64,000 nucleotides of DNA from a virus. The DNA lies in IMG/VR virus record IMGVR_UViG_3300047550_004845, positions 7,906-71,905 of that record. One strand, 5' to 3'. Shown one piece after another: positions 8,162-16,481 of the stretch. Every line of letters starts with the position of its first letter. Position 1 is the first letter of the stretch. A model generated the notes under the pieces. The model did not search any database. It was not told where the DNA came from and saw nothing but the letters and a program-made list of their open reading frames with translations. A program made the translations under genes and the position numbers.

Positions 8162-8239
8162 GGGAAACGGATGGAAGCCTTGCGAGGCGAGATTTGATCA
8201 CCTCGTCGAAGCAATCAGGTTCGATTCCTGGGTTTCTCC
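8162..8239 (+). ncRNA. tRNA-like RNA with acceptor stem and T-arm but non-canonical D and anticodon arms
   Basis: GGGAAAC/GTTTCTC acceptor, TCAGG-TTCGATT-CCTGG T-arm, central GGCGAG/CTCGTC stem with 10-nt loop. Confidence 0.6.
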
Positions 8240-8322
8240 TCTCCTTCATTAGAAGGAGGGTGCGGTCGGCAATCACCGTCCCGGACGCCCATGTGGCGCC
8301 CCCGAAGGAGAACGAGGCAATC

Positions 8323-8405
8323 GCAGGTAGTGCAGCCCTCTCCCCGGTCACGGCTGGGTGATGGTAAAGAGGATTCCAGGTGCACTTGATCCGGGTCCCA
8401 CCTGC
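8323..8405 (+). ncRNA. Structured non-coding module (multi-branch with pseudoknot)
   Basis: GCAGGT/ACCTGC closing stem, CCTCT/AGAGG, CCCGG/CTGGG, AGTGCA (8329)/TGCACT (8381). Confidence 0.5.
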
Positions 8406-8410
8406 CACAA

Positions 8411-8482
8411 TGGTGTGTAGCACAATTGGTAGTGTTGCTGGAGCTTATTCGGCGGTTGCAGGTTCGAGTCCTGCCACACCAC
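8411..8482 (+). tRNA. Atypical tRNA, nominal anticodon CTT (Lys) with A32/G33
   Basis: TGGTGTG/CACACCA acceptor, GCAC/GTGT D-stem, GCTGG-AGCTTAT-TCGGC anticodon arm, GCAGG-TTCGAGT-CCTGC T-arm. Confidence 0.7.
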
Positions 8483-8486
8483 ACTC

Positions 8487-8802
8487 GAAGGTAAGGAAAG
8501 CAAAAGGAGCATGGGACCCAGTGACACGTGTGGAACGCATGGGGGGATACCGCACCTGCCTTCTCTCTCCGTTCTAGACCCCGGAGTCGTATGGAAAACG
8601 TCGTTAAGTTCCCGCCACGGCCACGCATACAGGCGTTAAAGTGTGGACTCGCAGATTGCTCCTAGCTCACACCAGCTGTGGGCCACCGACAAGGTGACCA
8701 ATCCCGGACTCTGGCCGTATGGGGAGCAACTAGTGAGCAAAGCCCCCACCTCTGTGCGTCCTTGAGGCGTCTCACGTGTTAAACACCTTCGGGTGATGGG
8801 GC
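8487..8802 (+). ncRNA. Run of four further structured non-coding modules
   Basis: Closing stems GAAGGTA/TGCCTTC (8487-8563), GAGTC/GACTC (8584-8650), TTGCTCC/GGAGCAA plus GCTCAC/GTGAGC (8656-8738), GCCCC/GGGGC with a cTTCGg hairpin (8742-8802). Confidence 0.5.
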
Positions 8803-8806
8803 ATTC

Positions 8807-8880
<74 letters not shown>

Positions 8881-8896
8881 TCGTCTTCGGACGCAA

Positions 8897-8968
8897 CGGG
8901 GTGTAGCGCAGTGGTAGCGCACCTGTTTTGGGAACAGGATGTCGGAGGTTCGATCCCTCTCACCCCGA
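8897..8968 (+). tRNA. tRNA-Pro(TGG)
   Basis: CGGGGTG/CACCCCG acceptor, CCTGT-TTTGGGA-ACAGG. Confidence 0.95.
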
Positions 8969-8970
8969 TT

Positions 8971-9130
8971 GGCGTTTGGTACTTTCGGTACCGCGCCGGG
9001 GACACCAAGGAACGGTGTCTTAAACGAAGGGTCCCCTAGGCCACATCGTAGAGAAGCGAAACCGGTTTCAGCATAAGTTGCCAGGTCGCTTACCGTAGGT
9101 GGATACCCTCGCCCAGGCGCGAAAGCGCCT
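8971..9130 (+). ncRNA. Structured non-coding module between tRNA-Pro and tRNA-Arg
   Basis: GGTAC-TTTCG-GTACC, GGGGAC/GTCCCC, GACACC/GGTGTC, AAGCGA/TCGCTT, AGGCGC-GAAA-GCGCCT. Confidence 0.45.
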
Positions 9131-9133
9131 CAT

Positions 9134-9208
9134 GCCCTCGTAACTCAGCCTGGATAGAGTATCCGACTTCTAATCGGTCAGTCGTAGGTTCAAATCCTAC
9201 CGAGGGTG
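9134..9208 (+). tRNA. tRNA-Arg(TCT)
   Basis: GCCCTCG/CGAGGGT acceptor, loop CTTCTAA, GTAGG-TTCAAAT-CCTAC. Confidence 0.93.
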
Positions 9209-9211
9209 CTT

Positions 9212-9283
9212 GCCTCTGTAGCATAATGGTAATGCAGCGCTTTTGTAACGCGAAGATTGCTGGTTCGAGTCCAGTCGGGGGCT
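9212..9283 (+). tRNA. tRNA-Thr(TGT)
   Basis: GCCTCTG/CGGGGGC acceptor, loop TTTGTAA; anticodon stem has G27-A43 and T31-C39 mismatches. Confidence 0.85.
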
Positions 9284-9368
9284 TAGGTACAAAGGATCAG
9301 CCCGCACTGGGGCATATGTTTAAAGAGGATATTGGTAGGAACCGGTTCTGATCTCCTTGTTCTCTAAA

Positions 9369-9785
9369 ATGGCTAATTTTCTAGGTACATCTCAGGTTAG
9401 ACTAGCCGTATTGGAGGAGAAACTGACGGTCTACGAGGAACTTTCCAAGGAGATGCTCTCAAAACTAGAAGCCGCGGTAGATAAGATCTCCGAAGCCAAT
9501 CAGAACGTAGCAAAGATACTTGTCCGTCATGAGGAACGACTCGACCAGAGCATACAGGCGGACACGGCCATAGTGAAACTACTCGAGGAGTTTAAGAAGT
9601 CCCACGAGAGAAGCGTCAAAGAGACCGACCAGAGAATAACGGCCCTGGACAACCGTATTGATGATCTGGCAAAGTTCAAGTGGATAATCGCGGGAGCGTT
9701 ACTCATAGTCGGAGTGCTGGTGGGCCAGGTAAATCTCCTGGAGTCGGTATTCCCGCAGGTTCCTTCGGTCCACTCTGGTAAATGA
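9369..9785 (+). CDS. Coiled-coil protein with C-terminal transmembrane helix (possible lysis/holin-like)
   Basis: Heptad-rich body, KFKWIIAGALLIVGVLVG; GTTTAAAG at 9318-9325 upstream. Confidence 0.7.
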   Translation: MANFLGTSQVRLAVLEEKLTVYEELSKEMLSKLEAAVDKISEANQNVAKILVRHEERLDQSIQADTAIVKLLEEFKKSHERSVKETDQRITALDNRIDDLAKFKWIIAGALLIVGVLVGQVNLLESVFPQVPSVHSGK

Positions 9786-9842
9786 GAGGAAAAAGAGTCG
9801 GGTTTATACACGACAAGACCTGGAAAAGTGGTATAATACAAG

Positions 9843-10031
9843 GTGTTTCTGTGGATTTTCCCGGGTACTATGCTATATTCATTGTCAAAGACTCCTCTGG
9901 CACAATTATCCCCGTTGATTCGAGAGATATTGCATACATATAGTCCGGAGATAGTGGGAGTTCTCGGTTTCCTACTTATATTTATTCCTGTTTATGGTAT
10001 AGTATACGTGCACCGGCGATCCGGTGAGTAA
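9843..10031 (+). CDS. Small membrane protein
   Basis: Hydrophobic IVGVLGFLLIFIPVYGIVYV; TGGTATAAT just upstream; start uncertain. Confidence 0.45.
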   Translation: MFLWIFPGTMLYSLSKTPLAQLSPLIREILHTYSPEIVGVLGFLLIFIPVYGIVYVHRRSGE

Positions 10032-10035
10032 TCTT

Positions 10036-10107
10036 GGGACTGTCGCCTATAGGTTAAGGCCCACTGCTTATAACGGTGTGAACAGAGTTCAATTCTCTGC
10101 AGTCCTA
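10036..10107 (+). tRNA. tRNA-Ile(TAT)
   Basis: GGGACTG/CAGTCCT acceptor, CACTG-CTTATAA-CGGTG. Confidence 0.9.
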
Positions 10108-10109
10108 TT

Positions 10110-10190
10110 GCGTGAGTGGTGGAATGGTAGACACAGTAGCCTTAGAAGCTACCGTTTAACGACTTGGAGGTTCGAGTCCTCTCTCACGCA
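10110..10190 (+). tRNA. tRNA-Leu(TAG)
   Basis: GCGTGAG/CTCACGC acceptor, GTAGC-CTTAGAA-GCTAC, long variable arm. Confidence 0.93.
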
Positions 10191-10206
10191 TCCGAATCCT
10201 ACCGAG

Positions 10207-10335
10207 ATGGAAGAAAAAGTTTCGATACCGGACAGCGAGCTCAAGAAACTATCCGACATGGCCAACAGACTAAAACTCCTCGAGCTGTTCGAGGAACCAT
10301 CCACCTACGAGGACGAGTTGGAGGATCTCCACTAG
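10207..10335 (+). CDS. Small acidic protein (42 aa) between tRNAs
   Basis: MEEKVSIPDSELKKLSDMANRLKLLELFEEPSTYEDELEDLH. Confidence 0.6.
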   Translation: MEEKVSIPDSELKKLSDMANRLKLLELFEEPSTYEDELEDLH

Positions 10336-10348
10336 CTCGTGTCAAAGA

Positions 10349-10420
10349 GGGAGATTGGCGCAGTGATAGCGCAACTCTTTTACGCAGAGAAGGTCGTGGG
10401 TTTGAATCCCTCATCTCCCA
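10349..10420 (+). tRNA. tRNA-Val(TAC), variant elbow
   Basis: GGGAGAT/ATCTCCC acceptor, loop TTTACGC; D-loop GA in place of GG and T-loop TTTG in place of TTCG. Confidence 0.8.
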
Positions 10421-10440
10421 TTCCAGTTTAAAATAAACAT

Positions 10441-10572
10441 ATGGAAACTAAAACCGACACCACCCAGCCTCAAACCCAGCCCGAGAAGGAGTCACGTTCC
10501 ATCCCCTCTCAGTTTGAAGAGTACTGCGAACGTCACCCCGACGCTTCTGAGTGTAGAGTTTACGACGTGTAA
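10441..10572 (+). CDS. cp12: Truncated CP12 (Calvin-cycle inhibitor), C-terminal module only, 43 aa
   Basis: METKTDTTQPQTQPEKESRSIPSQFEEYCERHPDASECRVYDV carries the CP12 motif FE.YC...P...ECRVYD. Not in the ORF track. Confidence 0.88.
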   Translation: METKTDTTQPQTQPEKESRSIPSQFEEYCERHPDASECRVYDV

Positions 10573-10634
10573 ACCACTCTTGACATAGTCCCAGTCCCCG
10601 GAGTAGGATATGACTCCAGGGGATCTTTTTTTTT

Positions 10635-11159
10635 ATGAACATCTTCTTCCTAGACTACCATCCAAAAACCGCGGCAAAGTACCACTGTGACAAGCACGTG
10701 AACAAGATGATCATCGAGCATCTTCAGATGATGAGTGTCGCTCTTGCTTACCATAACCTAACGCCCGCTAGGAAGAAAGACGGAGATCTGTACAAGGTAA
10801 GAGGGTTTAAGAACCACCCCTGCACCCTCTGGGTGAAAGAGTCAAAAGCAAACTTTTTCTGGACCTGGGAACTCACCTGGCATCTCTGCGAGGAATTTAA
10901 AACGCGCTATGGCAAGGAACACTCCGGTAAGGAAAGTCTAAAGTCCATCGACCTCAAAGAGGTTTCCTCTATCTACCCCGACGCTGGTTACACGTCGCCA
11001 GCCCAAGCAATGCCCGACCACTGCAAAGTACAGTGCGATCCGGTTAAAGCCTACAGAAACTACTACAATCTAGAGAAGTGGAAGTTTGCCACGTGGAAGA
11101 CAGAAAAACCAAAGTGGTGGGCTCCAGCGTGCAGTCTGGTGACAAAAGACAATGACTAA
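10635..11159 (+). CDS. Pyrimidine-dimer DNA glycosylase / DenV-like family protein
   Basis: MNIFFLD...A.YHCDKHVNKMIIE..QM, NHPCTLW, RYGKEH, QAMPD, AYRNYY; TTGACA at 10580 upstream. Confidence 0.85.
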   Translation: MNIFFLDYHPKTAAKYHCDKHVNKMIIEHLQMMSVALAYHNLTPARKKDGDLYKVRGFKNHPCTLWVKESKANFFWTWELTWHLCEEFKTRYGKEHSGKESLKSIDLKEVSSIYPDAGYTSPAQAMPDHCKVQCDPVKAYRNYYNLEKWKFATWKTEKPKWWAPACSLVTKDND

Positions 11160-11793
11160 ATACTGCCTGATTGGTGATCTGCATGGTCGAGTGGACACAC
11201 TCGATAAGATACTGGACAGATCACCGGGGTACACTTACGTGTTCATGGGGGACATTATCCACCACAAGCCGTTCTTCCGCAGATCAAAGAAAACATCGCC
11301 GCTCAGAATGCTGAGTAAAGTGATGAACATGGTTCAGAACGGAGAGGCTATGTTTGTTCTCGGTAATAATGAGAATTACATACTCAAGAACTTCATCCTC
11401 CCTGAGAAGGACATACCCCAGAAGGAGGTAAAGCATACGCTTCGGTGCCTCAAGGACCTTCCCTTTGAGCAACGACTCGAGTACCTCCACTGGCTTACCA
11501 CCTCACCACTTACCTTAGAGTTTGAGTCGTACGGTAAACTCTACCGCTGTGCCCACGCCTACTACGACCCAAACTACACACCCGAGACTCGCAACACTGT
11601 ACTTACTGGCCCCGGATACCTGTGGTTCAAGACTGACGAACTCACCGACCATATCTCCACCGACGCCTTGTACTTCTTTGGGCACTACGGTTACCCGTAC
11701 TTCCGTAAGAATCTCCGTATCATCGACGCCACCAACTTCGAGGGAGTGGGGGTATATTACACCGACCGTGAGGAATTCCTGATCTACTACTGA
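11152..11793 (+). CDS. Calcineurin-like metallophosphoesterase
   Basis: GDLHG, GDIIH, GNNE, AHA, FGHY. Confidence 0.85.
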   Translation: MTKYCLIGDLHGRVDTLDKILDRSPGYTYVFMGDIIHHKPFFRRSKKTSPLRMLSKVMNMVQNGEAMFVLGNNENYILKNFILPEKDIPQKEVKHTLRCLKDLPFEQRLEYLHWLTTSPLTLEFESYGKLYRCAHAYYDPNYTPETRNTVLTGPGYLWFKTDELTDHISTDALYFFGHYGYPYFRKNLRIIDATNFEGVGVYYTDREEFLIYY

Positions 11794-11839
11794 CCCACTC
11801 ACAGTCCATGATAGAATACTTTTACCTACCAACCTCTCT

Positions 11840-14539
11840 ATGTCGAAACTGAACCAACTCGGGTACGTCGTGCTCTCGGATACGATGAACTCACGGATCT
11901 TTGGGGAGGAGGTCGAGCCCAGTGTCCCCGATGACAAAAAGGTCTCCTCGGTCAAAGAGGAGATGGAGAAGTTTGGCGTGGAGTTCCCTATCAAAAACCC
12001 CGACAGTTTCTTCATCGAGGACTTCAACTTCCCTAAACTCCAGGCCGCGACGATCAAAGACCATTTTGACGCCATCTCCAAAGAGATCACCGCGGACCGA
12101 GTTCGCATGATGAAGGACTTCGCGTACACCGATATCCCAGACACTCCTGATAAGACAAAGTACTTTCTCTACGCGGGGTGGGTCAAGTACCCATTCGACG
12201 GAACTGCAGAGATCGTGGATGGCATCGAGGAGCGGATCGGAGTGTTCGACTGCGAGACGTTCGTGAAGGGAAGCGATTTCGCCCATCCCATCCTCGCGAC
12301 CGCGGTTACGGACAAGGCGTACTACATCTGGATGCACCCCAGTTTCGTCGATCCCAGGATCCCCTACGAGCCGATACTCGTGCCTCTGGGGCGAAGAGAT
12401 GGGATCTTTATCGCACATAACGTAGCCTACGACCGCCCTCGGACGCAGGAGGCCTACGTCCTCGGAAAGACCAACTCGTGGTTTGATACGATGTCCGCCC
12501 ACATCAATGTTTCCGGACTCGCCTCCGGCCAGCGGTGGTGGTATATTCAGAAACAGGCCAAGAAGGCGACCTACAAGGCCGATCCGGTGTGGGCCGATAA
12601 GGGCTCGATGAATAACCTCATCGACTGTTACAACTTCCACTGCCGCCCGCTTATACCTCTGGAACAGGAGGATAAGAAGATTCGTAACTCCTTTGTCGAG
12701 GCCAACTCGATGCACGATCTGGTCCCCGAGCGGGATGATCTCATCCGCTACGCTCTAAACGACGTTAAGATCACCTTCGAGTTGTACGCGATTCTGGCGC
12801 TCAAGTACCTCCAGAATAATCCCTCGCTTACGACTCTCGCCGGACACTTCGGTATCTCGTCCGCTAAACTTCCGGTCGTATCCGACTGGGAGGACTGGTT
12901 CGCGGACTGCGAGAAGCAGTGGGAGGACTCCATCTCTCGCCAGGAGGTGATTCTCAGCGAGATGGCCAACGATATCTACCAGTCCTGGAACGAGGGGGAG
13001 TTGACCGACGAGGACATCCAGGCTGACCCGTGGCTCTCACAGCTCGACTGGGAGGCAAATTTTAAGCTTACCAAGGCTGGAAAGCCCAGCTCGAGGTGGT
13101 ATGGAGTACCAAAATGGGTGAGAAGTGTCTCCGCGAAGGACCTAATTGATGGCAAACCCGTTATCCAAGGTATCTCCACCAAGAATCGCCTCTCCCACCT
13201 TCTTCTCCGTCTCAAGTGGGACGGTCAACCCATCCGCTTTTTTACCGATAAAGGCTGGTGCTTTATGGACGAGGAATTGGGCGATTATGTACGCATTCCC
13301 CACCCGGACGGTGAAGGAGTCAATGTGGGTGGAGTTCTCACCAAGGACTACGCCGATGACTTCGAGTCGGGGCAGTTAAGTTCCGACTTACCCGCGGCTA
13401 AGGAACTTATCAAGTTGGCGATCAACGTTGCGTACTGGACGTCAGTACGGAGCCGGGTGAGAGAGCAATTCGTTGAGGACGTCATGACGCCTCAAGGGGT
13501 CGCCTTTAAGATGATCGTACCAGCCACAGTCCCTCACAACACCTCAACAAACCGAGCGGGGGAGAATCTCTGGCTGACGGTGCCCGATCCTAAGTACGAT
13601 AAGATCGGCAGTGAGATCAAGACCCGCGTTCAAGCCCCCGAGGGTTACGTGTTCGTTCAGTCGGACTTCGACGCCCAGGAGGCGGTTGTGGCCTCTATCT
13701 TCGCTGACTCCTATCACAGGATGGCTGGGAGCACGCAGTTCTCCCACTCCATCCTAGCCGGATCGAAGGATGACGGGAGTGACATGCACTCCATGACCGC
13801 GAAGGCGATCGGGATCACCCGCGCTATCGCCAAGGGTTGTAACTATGGCATGTTGTACGGATGCGGAGCCAAGACTCTAGCCAACACTATCCGTAAGGGT
13901 AACAAGAATATCCTAATGAAGGAAGCGATCGAGATGGGTAAGAAACTCATCCGCATCAAGAAGGGTGAGAAGGCCTCCAGGCTCTCTCAGACCCTGATCG
14001 GCGGATCAGACTCCTACGCCTATAATGAGATGGCGCGGATCGCTAATATGCCATGTCCCACCAACCCTCTCAGTGGGACGAAGATGTCCACCGCTTTCCG
14101 CCCCACCTCAGTTGGCACCGACTTCTGGACGATGCGCAATAACTGGTGTATCCAGTCCACCGGAAGTGCTATGCTCCACGCTTTCATGACAGCAATGGAG
14201 TGGCTTATCGGTAAGTACGAGTTGGAGGCGGAGTTCTGCATGAGCGTTCACGACAGTATTCTCTACCTCTGTCCGGAGTCACAGGCCGAGAGAGTCGCCG
14301 CTCTCTTTCAGGTTGCTCACGCTTGGTGCTGGGCCTGGATGCGGTATAATTACGGTATCTACGAACTCCCGGTGGCTAATGCTTGGCTCTCCTCGATCGA
14401 GATCGATAGTATCTTCCGTAAGTCAGCCACAGCAAACACGAAAACTGTCTCTCAACAGAAAACAGAACAAGATGGACAATCAAGAACAATCCAAGAACTC
14501 ATCCCAGTCTTCAACTCCCTCTTCGAGTCGGAGTCGTAA
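11840..14539 (+). CDS. Family A DNA polymerase, mitochondrial Pol-gamma-like
   Basis: Exonuclease motifs FDCET, HNVAYDRPR, FDTMSAH, YALNDV; polymerase motifs IGSEIKTRVQAPEGY.FVQSDFDAQE, DMHS.TA..IGITRAIAKGCNYGMLYG, NWCIQST, FCMSVHDS. Confidence 0.95.
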   Translation: MSKLNQLGYVVLSDTMNSRIFGEEVEPSVPDDKKVSSVKEEMEKFGVEFPIKNPDSFFIEDFNFPKLQAATIKDHFDAISKEITADRVRMMKDFAYTDIPDTPDKTKYFLYAGWVKYPFDGTAEIVDGIEERIGVFDCETFVKGSDFAHPILATAVTDKAYYIWMHPSFVDPRIPYEPILVPLGRRDGIFIAHNVAYDRPRTQEAYVLGKTNSWFDTMSAHINVSGLASGQRWWYIQKQAKKATYKADPVWADKGSMNNLIDCYNFHCRPLIPLEQEDKKIRNSFVEANSMHDLVPERDDLIRYALNDVKITFELYAILALKYLQNNPSLTTLAGHFGISSAKLPVVSDWEDWFADCEKQWEDSISRQEVILSEMANDIYQSWNEGELTDEDIQADPWLSQLDWEANFKLTKAGKPSSRWYGVPKWVRSVSAKDLIDGKPVIQGISTKNRLSHLLLRLKWDGQPIRFFTDKGWCFMDEELGDYVRIPHPDGEGVNVGGVLTKDYADDFESGQLSSDLPAAKELIKLAINVAYWTSVRSRVREQFVEDVMTPQGVAFKMIVPATVPHNTSTNRAGENLWLTVPDPKYDKIGSEIKTRVQAPEGYVFVQSDFDAQEAVVASIFADSYHRMAGSTQFSHSILAGSKDDGSDMHSMTAKAIGITRAIAKGCNYGMLYGCGAKTLANTIRKGNKNILMKEAIEMGKKLIRIKKGEKASRLSQTLIGGSDSYAYNEMARIANMPCPTNPLSGTKMSTAFRPTSVGTDFWTMRNNWCIQSTGSAMLHAFMTAMEWLIGKYELEAEFCMSVHDSILYLCPESQAERVAALFQVAHAWCWAWMRYNYGIYELPVANAWLSSIEIDSIFRKSATANTKTVSQQKTEQDGQSRTIQELIPVFNSLFESES

Positions 14540-14873
14540 ACTGGGTTGGATCGAGTACTACCTCACTCACGTCTTTCCCACCGGTTGGTGGACCATAGGA
14601 TCCGCCTTCCGGATCTGGAAGGATCTGATGACGGGTAACTACGGCGATTACACTTTGCTCAAAAATGACGTCCCCGAGGAGGAATGCCGCGGGTGGTTCT
14701 GGGCCACCTTGGGCGAGGATAACGTCTACCCACGGGAATTCCTCCAGTACCTTACGGATCTATGTGATAGGATAGACAGGGGAGAGGAGAAACTGATCCC
14801 AGTCACCACTGACATGATGGACCGCCTTGTGGAACTGGTCAACTTTATAGAGGATGACAATGAAACTGATTGA
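14472..14873 (+). CDS. Hypothetical protein
   Basis: KLGWIEYY...AFRIWKDLMTGNY...FWATLGEDNVYPREFL; overlaps the 3' end of the polymerase gene. Confidence 0.7.
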   Translation: MDNQEQSKNSSQSSTPSSSRSRKLGWIEYYLTHVFPTGWWTIGSAFRIWKDLMTGNYGDYTLLKNDVPEEECRGWFWATLGEDNVYPREFLQYLTDLCDRIDRGEEKLIPVTTDMMDRLVELVNFIEDDNETD

Positions 14874-15117
14874 GACAAGAGGAGAGAAAAGTAGTTTTGG
14901 GTCGGAGTTTATAGTATCGATACTGAAAGGTCGAAGGTACTCCGCGGTGCAGGTCTCGTTGTACTGGAGTAATTCGTCCGATTGGCCGTATCTCCAGATC
15001 AGTTTTGGTATGGGTAGGATCTTCGATATGATTTTCTCCGCGGGAAAATTCTCCGGAGCCGTAGATCTCTGTGGAAGAAACTGGCCGGTAAGGACCGATG
15101 GTAAAGTACCTCTCTGA
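14860..15117 (+). CDS. Hypothetical beta-rich protein (paralog family with 16817 and 23867)
   Basis: MKLI...FGSEFIVSIL..RRYSAVQV...WPYLQISFG.GRIF. Confidence 0.65.
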   Translation: MKLIETRGEKSSFGSEFIVSILKGRRYSAVQVSLYWSNSSDWPYLQISFGMGRIFDMIFSAGKFSGAVDLCGRNWPVRTDGKVPL

Positions 15118-15627
15118 AAACTTCCGCCAGGTGGGGTTCGTTATTGACTTGTGGTGTGGTGTCATGCTATCCGACAGGTGTTCGGAACAGTACAGAGAAC
15201 TTCTACGTGAGCAGTTTTTCAGCGAACTGAATTACGGATGGGAGTGGATGGAGTACATCCACAGATTCGAGAAGGTGTGGGGTAAGGGTTCCTACCCTCC
15301 ACAGACCATAACTCTGTCCCAAGAGGACTACGACACTCTCGTTGAATGTTTAAATAATCCGCCGCAGACCCTGCCAAGTATCACCGACCTACTGAACCGT
15401 ACCGCACCTTGGGACTGATAACCCACTATGACCACAGTACTTAGCACACTGGACTACTTCACCAGAACCCAAGAGGAGTGCCTCGAGTGCCTCGAGTGGG
15501 ATATCCGCGAGGCATCTAACTACGACGATCCGACTGACCTAGACTTCTACACGAAGGAGTACGGTCTCACTCGGCAGCGATTAGATGACCTAGAGTTGAT
15601 CAAGTCCATAGTCGAAGGGAACTTGCG

Positions 15628-16398
15628 ATGAGAATCAGGGTACTTAGCGACATGCACCTGGAGCACTGTGTTGCCTGCCAGGTCTATCCGGTCGGGGAGG
15701 GGGATGTTCTTATCCTGGCGGGCGATATTCTCTGCGCGAAACACCTCAAAACAGACGGTTACATCCACGCGGTCTACAGTAGGTTTTTGGAGGACTGCAG
15801 TAGGAACTACGAGAAAGTGCTCTACGTATTGGGTAACCATGAGTACTACCAGTACAACTACGAAGGAGCGAAGAGAAAGATCAAAGAGAACCTCCCGGAT
15901 AACTTCTGCCTCCTGGACGATGATACCGTGAGTATCGGGGACTGGGATTTTGTGGGATTCACCCTGTGGACCGACTTCCGTGGTGAGAACGCGCTGGAGA
16001 TGATGGAGGCGGAGTGCAACATGAACGACTACAAGGTGATAAGGATAGGTCCTAAGTACCGGAAACTGAACGCTAACGATACCTTCGGTTTTCACAGGAA
16101 GAGTCGTGCGTACCTCCTCGATCAGTTGGGAACGCTCCGGGACAATGTCTTCGTTATCTCCCACCACGCCCCGAGTTACCGGTCCGTGCCTCACGAGTTC
16201 AGGAACCAGGCTAATGGGGCCTTCTGCAGCGATCTAGACCAACTGATCATCGATCAACCGCAGATCAAGTACTGGGTGCATGGTCACGTCCATCGTGCCT
16301 GGAACTACACCATCGAGCAGTGCAGGGTCGTGTGCAATCCCGCCGGGTATCCCGGTCAGGGAACCGGATTCGATCCCGATCTTACGATCGTGCTGTGA
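15628..16398 (+). CDS. Calcineurin-like metallophosphoesterase
   Basis: SDMHLE, LAGDI, GNHEYY, TLWTDF, SHHAPS, HGHVH, CNPAGY. Confidence 0.92.
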   Translation: MRIRVLSDMHLEHCVACQVYPVGEGDVLILAGDILCAKHLKTDGYIHAVYSRFLEDCSRNYEKVLYVLGNHEYYQYNYEGAKRKIKENLPDNFCLLDDDTVSIGDWDFVGFTLWTDFRGENALEMMEAECNMNDYKVIRIGPKYRKLNANDTFGFHRKSRAYLLDQLGTLRDNVFVISHHAPSYRSVPHEFRNQANGAFCSDLDQLIIDQPQIKYWVHGHVHRAWNYTIEQCRVVCNPAGYPGQGTGFDPDLTIVL

Positions 16399-16481
16399 CA
16401 GTGTTAAGATCCGTCTACACATCCGTGCAGACCCCTCATTCCTCCTCTATAATAGCGAGGAGGAAACCTACTAGCCCAACC

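Noticed and set aside
8323-8405. Twister ribozyme resemblance (TAGTGCAGCC...CCGGTCAC)
   Set aside because: The conserved UAA cleavage-site context and the GAG-containing 3' pseudoknot strand are absent.
8411-8482. Ochre suppressor reading (anticodon TTA) and genome recoding
   Set aside because: Centring TTA breaks the anticodon stem, and genes end normally at TAA, TAG and TGA with no sign of read-through.
8656-8738. HDV-like/theta ribozyme (P1-P2 pseudoknot with CTA before the 3' strand of P2)
   Set aside because: About 50 nt lie where the short P3/L3 should be and no P1.1 is evident; kept only as an unassigned structured module.
10024-10436. ORFs 10024..10335 (full length) and 10164..10436
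   Set aside because: They run through tRNA-Ile, tRNA-Leu and tRNA-Val; only 10207..10335 is plausible.
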